DNA from: Candidatus Poribacteria bacterium
Lineage (GTDB): Bacteria > Poribacteria > WGA-4E > PCPOR2b
NCBI GenBank assembly: GCA_965198175.1
Contig: OZ240245.1
Span: forward strand, 3,584,001-3,648,000
Direction of reading: 5' to 3'
Length of the DNA stretch: 64,000 nt
Shown piece after piece: positions 39,059 through 48,690 of the stretch. Position 1 is the stretch's first letter. The number at the start of each line of letters is the position of its first letter. The notes under the pieces were generated by a model. It had not been told where the DNA came from. It searched no databases and saw nothing but the letters and a program-made list of their open reading frames with translations. A program made the position numbers and the translations under genes.

Positions 39059-40690
39059 ATGAAACAGCAATTTTCACAAGCGCACCTTGATGCGGTGAAT
39101 CAAAACCGACGAATCATTGTCAACTTCGACACCAATTTCGGCGCTCCGTCTGTGGTCTGCCCGTTAGCTGGCATGGATATAGAACGCTTAGTGAAGGGCT
39201 ACTTCAGCATGATCGATGAAGCGGGGATTCAGATGGACAGCATCTGGTGGTGTTGGCTGGACGGCAATTACGCAAATTATCCAAGCCAAATTCTACCCGT
39301 TTGGGAACTGCCCGGATTCAAGCAGTGGTGGGACGCCGGAATTGACCCGGTGCGAGTCTTCGCTGAGGAGACCAAGAAACGAGGTCGGGAAGCTTTCTTT
39401 TCTTACCGTCTGAATGGGACAGACATGGCGAGTATCGAGCCATTGAGCAAGCCGATACTGAAAGAAGCCCACCCTGAGTGGCTCATCCATACTTGGGAGG
39501 CATATCGAAACCCTGGTTACTGGAACTTCACCGTGCAAGACGTGCGCGACTACAAGCTGAGCATCCTACGTGAGGTGGCGGAGAACTACGATTACGACGG
39601 TATTGAGATAGACTTTTCCAGGGGGCCGGTGACGCTTCCTCCCGGACATCAATGGGAAAACCGAGAATGTTTGACCGAATTCATGCGTGCGGTACGAGCG
39701 ATGACGCTGGAAATTGAAGAAAGACGTGACCGACCATTTCTGCTCGCTGCTCGAATACCGGAGAACCTAGAAGGGTGTCATTTTGATGGGATGGATGTCG
39801 AAACTTGGGCGAGTGAGGGGTTGGTGGATATCTTCGTCTTGGGCAATCGCTCCTTCAATGTAGACATCGCCGCCTTTCGTCGAATCACAGGGGGGACTGA
39901 GATAAAGCTTTATCCGTGCATAGACGATCATCACGCTTCCGACGGTTATCTGCATCCACCAATCTCCGTTTTCCGCAGTGTATTCGCCAACTGGTGGCAT
40001 CAGGGAGCGGATGGCATCCAGACGTTCAACTTTAGCAACTGGACCCCAGCCGGTGCAGCCTTTCTCGGTTGGAGCGAGATTGAACCGGTGTGGGCAACGC
40101 ACCGTCAGGCGTACCGGGAAATGATCGGTCCGGAGGCGCTCAAACACAAGGACAAGACTTTTGTGGTAGAGCGGCGCGGAGGTGGACATGGACCTACGGT
40201 TGTCCCCAATCCGGAGGATTGGACTACGCCGAGATGGATGTATTTCATCACAAATATGTTCGCTCCGTTGCCAGCCACTATGGCGAACGACGGCAAAGCC
40301 GACACCCTGTTGAAGGTGTATGTTGCCGACAACCTTGCTGACGAAACCGAGCAAGTTGAGCGTATTACCATTCGCGTTTTGCTGTCGGATCCAGCAGCGG
40401 AACATCTTCCATCCAATCAGCGGCTTCAGGTTATCACCGTTGCCACCAAAGCCCACACCCTCCAAAACATCCCGCCAGCAAAAGGTATTGAAGACCAGCT
40501 TGAGCTAAGACTCAATAATGCTCTACTTGAACGCCCGGTTGTAGACGAGGGCTGGTTGGTCTTCGCAGCAAAACCAAATCAATTCGCTGTAGGCAACAAT
40601 CTAATTGGGCTTCGTGTCACCGCGCGTCCGGCGGACGCCCAAGTCGAAGTCTCGATTGAAAAGCTGGAAGTCCATGTGAATTACCGATGA
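39059..40690 (+). CDS. Glycosyl-hydrolase-like (GHL10-type TIM barrel) protein
   Basis: HPEWLI, WNFTVQDVR, YDYDGIEIDFSR, GADGIQTFNF. Confidence 0.6.
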   Translation: MKQQFSQAHLDAVNQNRRIIVNFDTNFGAPSVVCPLAGMDIERLVKGYFSMIDEAGIQMDSIWWCWLDGNYANYPSQILPVWELPGFKQWWDAGIDPVRVFAEETKKRGREAFFSYRLNGTDMASIEPLSKPILKEAHPEWLIHTWEAYRNPGYWNFTVQDVRDYKLSILREVAENYDYDGIEIDFSRGPVTLPPGHQWENRECLTEFMRAVRAMTLEIEERRDRPFLLAARIPENLEGCHFDGMDVETWASEGLVDIFVLGNRSFNVDIAAFRRITGGTEIKLYPCIDDHHASDGYLHPPISVFRSVFANWWHQGADGIQTFNFSNWTPAGAAFLGWSEIEPVWATHRQAYREMIGPEALKHKDKTFVVERRGGGHGPTVVPNPEDWTTPRWMYFITNMFAPLPATMANDGKADTLLKVYVADNLADETEQVERITIRVLLSDPAAEHLPSNQRLQVITVATKAHTLQNIPPAKGIEDQLELRLNNALLERPVVDEGWLVFAAKPNQFAVGNNLIGLRVTARPADAQVEVSIEKLEVHVNYR

Positions 40691-40824
40691 GGTCAGTGCT
40701 CCGGCAATACGCGAATAAATCAACCACCGCCCTAGACCACGGCGACGACAATAGCTGAACCATACCATCATATTCGACGAGAACGGATAAAACTGAGAAT
40801 AACATCAAGATTAGGAAGAAGAAC

Positions 40825-41928
40825 ATGGATCTTAAAGATGCGAGGATGCAGTTGGAGGATGAGGGATATTGCGTGTTGGCAGATCTGCTCGACCCACAGG
40901 AAGCAGAACATATCGACACTCTTGCACGTCGCACGATGGAGCCCCGTGAGGGGTATATCAGTATGGAGACCTCTCTGAATTACATTCCGGAGCTTGCTCC
41001 GCTGTGCATTCAACCAACGCTTGTGGAACTTGCGGAAGAGATGTTAGGGAAGGACTTCATACTGGCTAACAATGTGGCGATGAAGTGGTGTAAACCCGGC
41101 GCGCCATCGGGACCTCTACATTGGGGAGGGCGGTTCAAGGATATTCCCCGATTGACAGAATTCCAGGTCTTCTGGATGCTCACAGACTTTACAGCCGAGA
41201 ACGGCGCTACGTTAGCCGTACCGTTTAGTCATCACACAGGGCGCCCGCCTGGGCGCAATGCCTATCCCCAAGAGATTCCGGTCGTCGGGAAAAAAGGGGC
41301 TGTGTTAATCTTTGACGGCAGAATTTGGCACCGCAGCGGCGCGAACACAACGACGGATCAGCATCGTATGGCTGCGAACATGATGTATCTGCCCGGCAGC
41401 GTCGATCGCGGCGGAGAGTGGCCGTTGGTGACGCGCGAACGCTACAATCAGTTCCCCCCACAGTTGCAAGCGATGCTCGTGCAGTCCGTAGCATTGACGG
41501 ATACGCCGCCACCTGCCGCGAAGCACCCGCGAATTTGGACTATGCTCGATTATCAGGAGGTTAAGCACGCTGCAGACGGCAAGCTTGCCACGAACTTGAC
41601 TATTACCACGGGTTCCGCATTCTCAACCGCAATACGGTTTCCGCAGGCGTCCGCGTTGGAAGTAAAGAAGACATGGGCTTGCTGGGTGTTTCCGGAGGGC
41701 ACTTGGGCAATTGGAGGAAACTCTGAGCTTGAACTGTACGTGGATGACGTCAAGCTCACACATTTCGCAGTTGCAGCTGGCGAAGGCGAGCTCTCAATTC
41801 AGTCTTTGGCAGAGCAAGTTACCTCACGCATTGCTGATACAACGAAACTATACAATATCACGCTCAAGAACGTAGGCGACCACGATGTGTTTATCCGGGA
41901 GCTTTGGGTCCGATGGCTGGCGAGCTAG
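40825..41928 (+). CDS. PhyH-fold Fe/2OG enzyme with an H-W-G motif and a fused C-terminal domain (candidate halogenase)
   Basis: GPLHWGG in place of HxD; WMLTDFTAENGAT; distal WHRSG; about 140-aa extra C-terminal domain. Confidence 0.8.
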   Translation: MDLKDARMQLEDEGYCVLADLLDPQEAEHIDTLARRTMEPREGYISMETSLNYIPELAPLCIQPTLVELAEEMLGKDFILANNVAMKWCKPGAPSGPLHWGGRFKDIPRLTEFQVFWMLTDFTAENGATLAVPFSHHTGRPPGRNAYPQEIPVVGKKGAVLIFDGRIWHRSGANTTTDQHRMAANMMYLPGSVDRGGEWPLVTRERYNQFPPQLQAMLVQSVALTDTPPPAAKHPRIWTMLDYQEVKHAADGKLATNLTITTGSAFSTAIRFPQASALEVKKTWACWVFPEGTWAIGGNSELELYVDDVKLTHFAVAAGEGELSIQSLAEQVTSRIADTTKLYNITLKNVGDHDVFIRELWVRWLAS

Positions 41929-42164
41929 AGTACCATCAGAACGGTTGTATTATTCCGCTGTGGGAGGGACATCCTTGTCCCAATAATCGGGGCTAGGAAG
42001 CCCCTTCCGAAGATATTTTCGATACTTATCTGAAGCTGTACTCGTAAAGTGGCATCTTTACTTTCTAACGGTTGTCCGTGTGAACGGCAGTTGTAGTCCT
42101 TTCCACCAGTAGGTGGCACTTTTCGTTTTTTCCCTTGTATTTCCGTGCAGCGGATAGAATCTTC

Positions 42165-42479
42165 TTACTTGCTTACCAACATTTTCCGCGTTGCCACAAA
42201 ATCCTCCACGGTCAGAGTGCAAAAATAAAGGCCACTCGCCATAGGCTCACCTTGTTGATTGCGTCCGTCCCAATGCGCCGCACGGCTTCGGCTCTGATAC
42301 ACACCTGCAGCTTGACGCCCCAACGCCAAACGCCGAACCACCTGCCCGTTCATATCATAGATAGTGAGTGTGACCTCCGCTGGTTCTGTCAACTGATACG
42401 GTATCCATGTCTCGGGGTTGAACGGGTTGGGATAATTTTGCAACAAGACGGTTTGCTTGATATCTCCCAACATCGTCAA
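42165..42479 (-). CDS. FlgD-Ig / T9SS-CTD-like domain, in frame with the upstream WD40 gene but separated by one TAA
   Basis: LLQNYPNPFNPETWIPYQL...WDGRN...ASGLYF...TRKML. Confidence 0.75.
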   Translation of the reverse strand: MTMLGDIKQTVLLQNYPNPFNPETWIPYQLTEPAEVTLTIYDMNGQVVRRLALGRQAAGVYQSRSRAAHWDGRNQQGEPMASGLYFCTLTVEDFVATRKMLVSK

Positions 42480-42488
42480 GCGTTTTGC

Positions 42489-44438
42489 TTACAGGTCTAC
42501 CACAACCTCGTCATTCGCGTTGGCTGAAGGGGTGAGCTCCCACAACAGAACCGTTCCGTCCTCACTCCCGCTGGCTAGTGTGTTACCATCGGGCGAGAAC
42601 GCTAGGGAACTGACCCAATTCGGCCCCTCAAGGCTTGTCTTTTGTTGGCCGGTGTGCACATCCCACAACCGAATCGTGGTGTCCCATCCCCCACTGGCAA
42701 GCGTGTTGCCATCCGGTGAAAACGCCACGCTTGCCCAACCCCAATGTCCCTCAAGGGTCGCTTTCTGTTTGCCGGTGCTAACATTCCACAGCCGAATCGT
42801 GGCTACCGGCCAATCTCCACTACTGGCAAGCGTATTGCCATCCGGCGAAAATGCAACGGAAGACACAATACGCGTATGTCCCCCAAGGGTTGCCTTGGGT
42901 TTTGCGGTCATTGCATCCCACAACCGAATCGTTCCGTCCTCACTCCCACTGGAAAGTGTGATCCTATCCGGCGAAAACGCCACGCAAGAGACAGGAACCA
43001 TATGTTCTTCAAAGATCGCCTTTTGTTTGCCGATGCTAACATCCCACAACCGAACCGTCTTGTCATTACCCCCACTGGCAAGCGTATCACCATCCGGCGA
43101 AAACGCTACCGAACGGACAGTAACACCAGGCGTGTGCCCTATAAGAGTCGCTGTGAGTTCGCTGGTGTTGGTATCCCACAACTGAATTGTGCCGTCACTA
43201 CTCCCCCCGGCAAGCGTGTTGCCATCCGGCGAAAACGCCACGGAAGAGACCCAACTCCGCCCTTCAAGAATTGCCTTGTGCTGACCGGTGCGTACATCCC
43301 ACAGCCGAATCGTATATTCCGGCCAACCTCCCCCACTGGCAAGTGTGCCGCCATCTGGGGAGAACGCGACCGAATCGACGGCAACCGTATGCCCCTCAAG
43401 GACCTTCTTGTGTTGGCCGGTGCGCACATCCCACAATCGAATCGTGTGGTCCCAACTCCCACTGGTAAGCGTGACCCCGTCCGGCGAAAACACCACGGAA
43501 GAGACAGGAGCCGTATGTTCCTCAAGGGTTGCCTTTTGTTGACCGGTGCTAACATCCCACAACCGAATCGTGTCCCAACTCCCACTGGCAAGTGTGACCC
43601 CATCCGGCGAAAACGCCACGGAACGGATCCAACTCTTATGCCCCTCAAGAGTCGTCTCTTGTTGTCCAGTGCTAACATCCCACAACCGAATCGTCCTGGC
43701 CTCATTCCCCCAACCTCCCCAACTCCCACTGGCAAGTGTGTTGCCATCCGGCGAAAACGCCACAGATAAGACCTGACCTGTATGTCCCTCAAGGGTTGCC
43801 TTTTGTTGACCGGTGCTAACATCCCACAACTGAATTGGGCCGTCACTACTCCCACCGGCAAGCGTATTGCCATCCGGCGAAAACGCCACGGAAAGGACCC
43901 AACTCTTATGCCCCCCAAGAGTCGCTTTTTGTTGACCGGTGCTAACATCCCACAACCGAATCGTCTTTTCTTCACTTCCCCAACTCGCACTGGCAAGTGT
44001 GATGCCATCCGGCGAAAACGCCACAGATAAGACCTGACCTGTATGTCCCTCAAGGGTTGCCTTTTGTTGACCGGTGCTAACATCCCACAACCGAATTTTG
44101 GCGTCCCGGCTGCCACTGGTAAGCGTATTGCCATCCGGCGAAAATGCCACGGAACCGAAGTCTCGGAGTTGCCCGCGCTGAGCCACATTCCCGGTGAGCA
44201 GGGCGACTTCAGCACCGGTGTGAGCATCATAGAGCCAAATCCCGATACTACTCGATATCGCAAGCTGGGTACCATCTGGCGAATACGCGATGTCAAGTAT
44301 CCTACCTTTACCGAGCCGTGCTTTGGCATTTTCGGGCAGACTCCATTGAGTAATGTCTTGGTGTTGGCTGCAACTGCTTTGCAGTAGCAGGATCGAGATA
44401 AGCATAGGGTTAAACACGATGAAGAGTGCCCTTTTCAT
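42489..44438 (-). CDS. Secreted/lipoprotein WD40 repeat protein (14 blades)
   Basis: 14 SVAFSPDG-type units with near-identical DNA repeats; N-terminus ends ...LLLQSSC. Confidence 0.92.
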   Translation of the reverse strand: MKRALFIVFNPMLISILLLQSSCSQHQDITQWSLPENAKARLGKGRILDIAYSPDGTQLAISSSIGIWLYDAHTGAEVALLTGNVAQRGQLRDFGSVAFSPDGNTLTSGSRDAKIRLWDVSTGQQKATLEGHTGQVLSVAFSPDGITLASASWGSEEKTIRLWDVSTGQQKATLGGHKSWVLSVAFSPDGNTLAGGSSDGPIQLWDVSTGQQKATLEGHTGQVLSVAFSPDGNTLASGSWGGWGNEARTIRLWDVSTGQQETTLEGHKSWIRSVAFSPDGVTLASGSWDTIRLWDVSTGQQKATLEEHTAPVSSVVFSPDGVTLTSGSWDHTIRLWDVRTGQHKKVLEGHTVAVDSVAFSPDGGTLASGGGWPEYTIRLWDVRTGQHKAILEGRSWVSSVAFSPDGNTLAGGSSDGTIQLWDTNTSELTATLIGHTPGVTVRSVAFSPDGDTLASGGNDKTVRLWDVSIGKQKAIFEEHMVPVSCVAFSPDRITLSSGSEDGTIRLWDAMTAKPKATLGGHTRIVSSVAFSPDGNTLASSGDWPVATIRLWNVSTGKQKATLEGHWGWASVAFSPDGNTLASGGWDTTIRLWDVHTGQQKTSLEGPNWVSSLAFSPDGNTLASGSEDGTVLLWELTPSANANDEVVVDL

Positions 44439-44507
44439 CAGATAGTTCTCCTTTTTGAACAGAATTAAGGGATTTCCGGTTCGTTTGAATGGTAATTTAT
44501 CAGATTC

Positions 44508-45122
44508 TCAAAGGGTGCTCAATGTTTGGCACATCAGGCTATCATTTTCTGTTACGATACAGTGTAGCGGTATGTCCCACGCCTGCGGCAGTGTATCTTT
44601 AACAAGCTGTGCCTCGTAGGCGAGTCCGATCCAAACCGCCTGCGGACATCGGCGGAGAAATCGGTCGTAATAGCCGCCACCGTATCCGAGGCGGTGACCT
44701 TTTGGATCGAAAGCGACGCCGGGGACGATAATTAAATCAATCTGAAATGGGGGAAAGGTCTCGCAGGTTTTCCGGTTTGGCTCGCGCATACCGTAAGGGT
44801 GAAAAATGAGATCTGATTTTGGGTTCGAAATTCGGTGCGGAGTAAGCTTACGTCGCTGGGTATCCGTTACGAGTGCAAGTGGGATTTTTTCGCTAGCGAG
44901 GAGATAATCAAGCAGTGCATCGGTTTCCACCTCGCTCCGCATGCTCAGATAGAGCTGAACCACATTAACCGCATTGCTCTCAATCCAATCAATTACCCGG
45001 TTGATAATCCGTTGGCTCAATTCGGACCTCACCGCTGGCGGTATATTATCGCGTCTGCGAATCGCTTCCGCACGAAGACGTTGACGTGAATGTCTTTGAC
45101 CGCAATCAGGCGTTCTCACCAT
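44508..45122 (-). CDS. 5-formyltetrahydrofolate cyclo-ligase
   Basis: IIVPGVAFD..GHRLGYGGGYYDRFL. Confidence 0.93.
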   Translation of the reverse strand: MVRTPDCGQRHSRQRLRAEAIRRRDNIPPAVRSELSQRIINRVIDWIESNAVNVVQLYLSMRSEVETDALLDYLLASEKIPLALVTDTQRRKLTPHRISNPKSDLIFHPYGMREPNRKTCETFPPFQIDLIIVPGVAFDPKGHRLGYGGGYYDRFLRRCPQAVWIGLAYEAQLVKDTLPQAWDIPLHCIVTENDSLMCQTLSTL

Positions 45123-45158
45123 ATTTTTTAAGATTTCAGCCTCACTCTGAGCTACTAA

Positions 45159-46517
45159 TCACGCCTCCCATTCAATCTGGTCGATGTTTTTGGTGAGTGC
45201 GTCTCGGAACGTTGACGGTTTCATCTTGAGGAGTTTCGCTGCCTGAGTTTTGTTTCCGTTCGACTTTTTCATCGCCCAAGCGATTAACTCGCGTTCCGTC
45301 GATCGGATGATTTCATGAAATGAAATCTCACCCAATGAGTCATCGAGATGGATGTGGTTTTCTAGTTTCAAATCTATCGGAATGTCGTCGGCTGTGATTT
45401 CCCTTCCACCGCTTACCGCTACGAGTCGTTCAACCACGTTTTCAAGTTCGCGTACATTGCCCGGCCATGGATATCCCATCAGCAGTTCGACAGCCTGTGG
45501 GGCGATGCCGATGGGTTCTTTTGGAGACAAGAGTTCCAAGAAATGGTTGATGAGAAGCGGAATATCCTCCGCCCGCTCCCGCAGCGGCGGCAAGAATATC
45601 GGAACAACATTCAGGCGATAAAACAGGTCACCTAGAAACGTTCCACTTTGGAACTTCTCCCGCAGATTCTCCGTCGTCGCTGCGATAACTCTGACATCAG
45701 CTTCGACTTGCGTCTCCCCGTCAACGCGTTCAAACGCCCCATTTTCCAGTGTGCGCAGGAGCTTAACTTGCAAGTTTATAGAGAGCGCATTCACGTCATC
45801 AAGGAAGAGCGTCCCCTTATGCGCTAACTCAAATCGTCCAACCCGATGGTTATCTGCAGAATTTTCACGACCGAACATCACAACTTCTAACATATCTTCC
45901 GATAGTCCCGCGCAGTTGACAGGTACATAGGGGTGATGTCCGCGAGAGCTATTGAGATGGATAGATTTTGCCAGAAGTTCTTTCCCTGTACCGCTTTCTC
46001 CGGAGACGATCACATTGCCGCTTGAATCCGCAATCGTCTCAATCAAGTTAAGAATTTCCTGCAACGACCGACTTTTCCCAATGATATTGTGATACAGGCG
46101 CCAAGGCTCAACATGAGCTGTTTGGGGTTGAGTTTCAAGCCCACCTTTATCTTGCCCTTCCCGAATCGCCTTCAGTTTATCCAACATGGCGATCAACTCG
46201 TCGCTCGAAAAGGGCTTCTTAATGTAGTTATATGCCCCCCATTTCATGGCTTCGACAGCGGTTTCCACGCTGGCATACGCCGTCATAATAATCACCGTGA
46301 CGTGGGGATACTCCTTTTTGATGCGCTTGAGAAGCTCTATACCGTGCATCTTCGGCATACGGAGATCGGTCACAAGAACGTCGAAGTGCTCATTCTGGCA
46401 TAGCTGGAGCGCAATCGCCGGGGACTCAACCGCGATTGTATCGTAGTTTTCCTCACGCAGATCGTCTCGCAACGTGATGCGTTTGATTTTTTCGTCGTCG
46501 ACAACCAGTACTTTCAC
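45159..46517 (-). CDS. NtrC-family REC-AAA+-Fis response regulator lacking GAFTGA
   Basis: REC domain, GESGTGKE, DLFYRLNV, WPGNVREL, Fis-type HTH. Confidence 0.92.
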   Translation of the reverse strand: MKVLVVDDEKIKRITLRDDLREENYDTIAVESPAIALQLCQNEHFDVLVTDLRMPKMHGIELLKRIKKEYPHVTVIIMTAYASVETAVEAMKWGAYNYIKKPFSSDELIAMLDKLKAIREGQDKGGLETQPQTAHVEPWRLYHNIIGKSRSLQEILNLIETIADSSGNVIVSGESGTGKELLAKSIHLNSSRGHHPYVPVNCAGLSEDMLEVVMFGRENSADNHRVGRFELAHKGTLFLDDVNALSINLQVKLLRTLENGAFERVDGETQVEADVRVIAATTENLREKFQSGTFLGDLFYRLNVVPIFLPPLRERAEDIPLLINHFLELLSPKEPIGIAPQAVELLMGYPWPGNVRELENVVERLVAVSGGREITADDIPIDLKLENHIHLDDSLGEISFHEIIRSTERELIAWAMKKSNGNKTQAAKLLKMKPSTFRDALTKNIDQIEWEA

Positions 46518-48244
46518 GCTTCTGCCTCAGTCCTCGGTATGGGGAGTTTTATAGTGAACACAGAACCTTGACCCTCTTCACTCTCAAATTCGATGACACC
46601 GCCATGCTCTCTAACGATCCGATTCGATACAGAAAGCCCAAGCCCTGTTCCTTTTCCCGTAATTTTTGTTGTATAAAAAGGATCCAAGATCCGATCTCGA
46701 ACGGACTTTGGAATACCAATTCCTGTATCTGTGACTTGGACGTATGCCACCGCCTCGTCGAGCAACGAATCAAATTCCATTGTACCCGTTTTGAAAGTCA
46801 ACACACCACCATTGGGCATTGCCGCAATGGCGTTTAGTCCAAGATTCAGGGCAACTTGTTCCAGCAGATGTTTGTCGCCAAGGATAGGAGTGAGATTGTC
46901 TTGTAATCGCCTTTCGATTTGAATGTGCTTTCCCTCCGCGCTGTATTCAATCAGCCCAATAACTTCGTTAATCACTTCATTTAAGGAGACCGATGTGAGG
47001 GTTAGTTCATGTTTACGTGAAAAGTTGAGGAGTTGGCTAACGGTAGATTCAATGCGCCGGATGGCTTCTTCCATGAGATCTAGGTATTCTTGGATTTGCT
47101 CTTCGTTCTTGGGGTTGCGCCGAATCCGAAGGGTACAGTTGAGTAAGCCGTCGAGTGGGTTGTTGATTTCGTGCGCAACTCCGGCTGCCAATTCTCCAAT
47201 CGCAGCCATCTTTTCGGATTGGATCATCTGTATCTCCATCCGCTTCCGATCTGTCACGTCTCGGCAGACTAATACGGTTCCTAAGTAGACGCCGTTGTCA
47301 TCGCGCACCGCAGCGTAGGTGTTTTCAAAGAATTTGTCCTTGATTTGGGTGCTCTGTTGTTCAATCACATCGCCGCCCTCTGATAGGTTTTTTGCAATTT
47401 GCGGGTGGATGCCGTACGTCTCAGGGGACAAACTATCGTCTGCGTCAAGCCCGAATTGCTCCTTTCTAATCTGCTGCGCAGCTTTGTTGAAAAGCGATAC
47501 ACGGTTTTCGCTATCAACGAAGACAACCGCCTCCTGCATACACTCGATAATCGACTTGAGTTTATTGCGTTCGAAGAGCACTTCCTTCCGCGCATCTTCC
47601 AGTTCAACCACCTTTTCCTCAAGACTCTCCTTTAGTTCAAACGTTTCCGTCTCACGCGCTCTCGCCGTATCCATAATCGATGTCGCCAGGTAAACGGAGA
47701 AAAACAGTGTGCTCGTAAATACAAAAAGCACGCTTGAGATATAGATTGGATTTCGCCATAGGTCTTCAGGTAAGAAGCCCAAATGGTAGTGAGGCAGGAC
47801 AGCGTAGTGCTCAAGAAAAATGAGGGAGCTTAGCAGAAGCGTGTTTAGCGTTGCAAGGATATAGCTGACTTTCTTGGAGAGGAGGATGCTTGCAATGACT
47901 AGGTGAAAGATGAAATAGAAAATGAACGGATTTTCGATGCCGCCGCTGAAGTGGATGAGCACTGTTAAGGAAAGTAAATCCAAAACGATATGCGTGCCGG
48001 CGTGTCGTTTGATTGATGCGAGCGGTTTTTCAGCGATATGTTTCGGGTATATTTGCGCTTCAAAGTTGTAGAGCACCATCAGCCCAGCAATGAGGTAAAG
48101 TGGTAGCGAAGGCTGGATAATGTCGAACCCCCAGCTTGCGACGCTGACGGTAAGAAAGACACCCGCTATTGCTATCCAACGGAGTTTGACCAACCATCCA
48201 ATTCGCTGAATCAGTTCAGTTTTGAGCGATAATTCCCGAGTCAT
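46514..48244 (-). CDS. Membrane PAS sensor histidine kinase
   Basis: About 6 TM helices, VAHEINNPL, DTGIGI, GTGLGL. Confidence 0.93.
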   Translation of the reverse strand: MTRELSLKTELIQRIGWLVKLRWIAIAGVFLTVSVASWGFDIIQPSLPLYLIAGLMVLYNFEAQIYPKHIAEKPLASIKRHAGTHIVLDLLSLTVLIHFSGGIENPFIFYFIFHLVIASILLSKKVSYILATLNTLLLSSLIFLEHYAVLPHYHLGFLPEDLWRNPIYISSVLFVFTSTLFFSVYLATSIMDTARARETETFELKESLEEKVVELEDARKEVLFERNKLKSIIECMQEAVVFVDSENRVSLFNKAAQQIRKEQFGLDADDSLSPETYGIHPQIAKNLSEGGDVIEQQSTQIKDKFFENTYAAVRDDNGVYLGTVLVCRDVTDRKRMEIQMIQSEKMAAIGELAAGVAHEINNPLDGLLNCTLRIRRNPKNEEQIQEYLDLMEEAIRRIESTVSQLLNFSRKHELTLTSVSLNEVINEVIGLIEYSAEGKHIQIERRLQDNLTPILGDKHLLEQVALNLGLNAIAAMPNGGVLTFKTGTMEFDSLLDEAVAYVQVTDTGIGIPKSVRDRILDPFYTTKITGKGTGLGLSVSNRIVREHGGVIEFESEEGQGSVFTIKLPIPRTEAEA

Positions 48245-48264
48245 ATCTGGATAAAACCTAGTAC

Positions 48265-48443
48265 GTTAGGACTTACGCACTTCCGTTTGTAATAGGGAAC
48301 AACGATCGTTGTTCCCTACGGAATCGTGGACTCTCGGCAAGTATTTGTTGTAGTTGCCTGATTCATTGGGCGTCGTAAATTGTGTTGGGAGGTGCTGAAT
48401 CGCCGAACTACGAGGCTTGGGGCGTTCAACTTCGAAAATCCTA
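48265..48443. repeat. REP-like palindromic mosaic
   Basis: TTAGGACTTACGCA head; palindrome TAGGGAACAACGATCGTTGTTCCCTA; GTAGTTGCCTGATTCA...TGAATCGCCGAACTAC. Confidence 0.6.
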
Positions 48444-48523
48444 AAGTATTGTATTATTTTTATCGTTGGGTATCAATACAAAAACGCATCGGCGCGGTCT
48501 AAAAAACCCTCTCGCATTTTGGC

Positions 48524-48553
48524 TTGACATACCTTAACAAAATGTCCTATTAT
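48524..48553 (+). promoter_or_regulatory. Sigma-70 promoter of the ClpX-like gene
   Basis: TTGACA-N18-TATTAT. Confidence 0.6.
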
Positions 48554-48690
48554 CATGGTGTCCTTGAGTTCCGCAAATTCACGGGCGGTTATTGTTATTG
48601 TGCCCGTAAATTCCAGTGAAAACGAGCGATCGCTATGAAACATCACGTTTCAGCCGCTGCAGGACAAGATGTTGCGAATGGAGGAAGACA

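Noticed and set aside
42540..44160. Regularly spaced DNA repeats as a possible CRISPR array
   Set aside because: The repeats are in-frame WD40 coding units, the intervening sequences are also homologous, and there are no cas genes.
43139..44329. 396-aa alternative-frame ORF, and antisense ORFs 42457-43185 and 42744-43769
   Set aside because: Shadow frames kept open by the repetitive WD40 DNA; no independent protein features.
45122..45159. 6S RNA expected upstream of 5-formyl-THF cyclo-ligase
   Set aside because: Only 36 nt separate it from the upstream gene, leaving no room.
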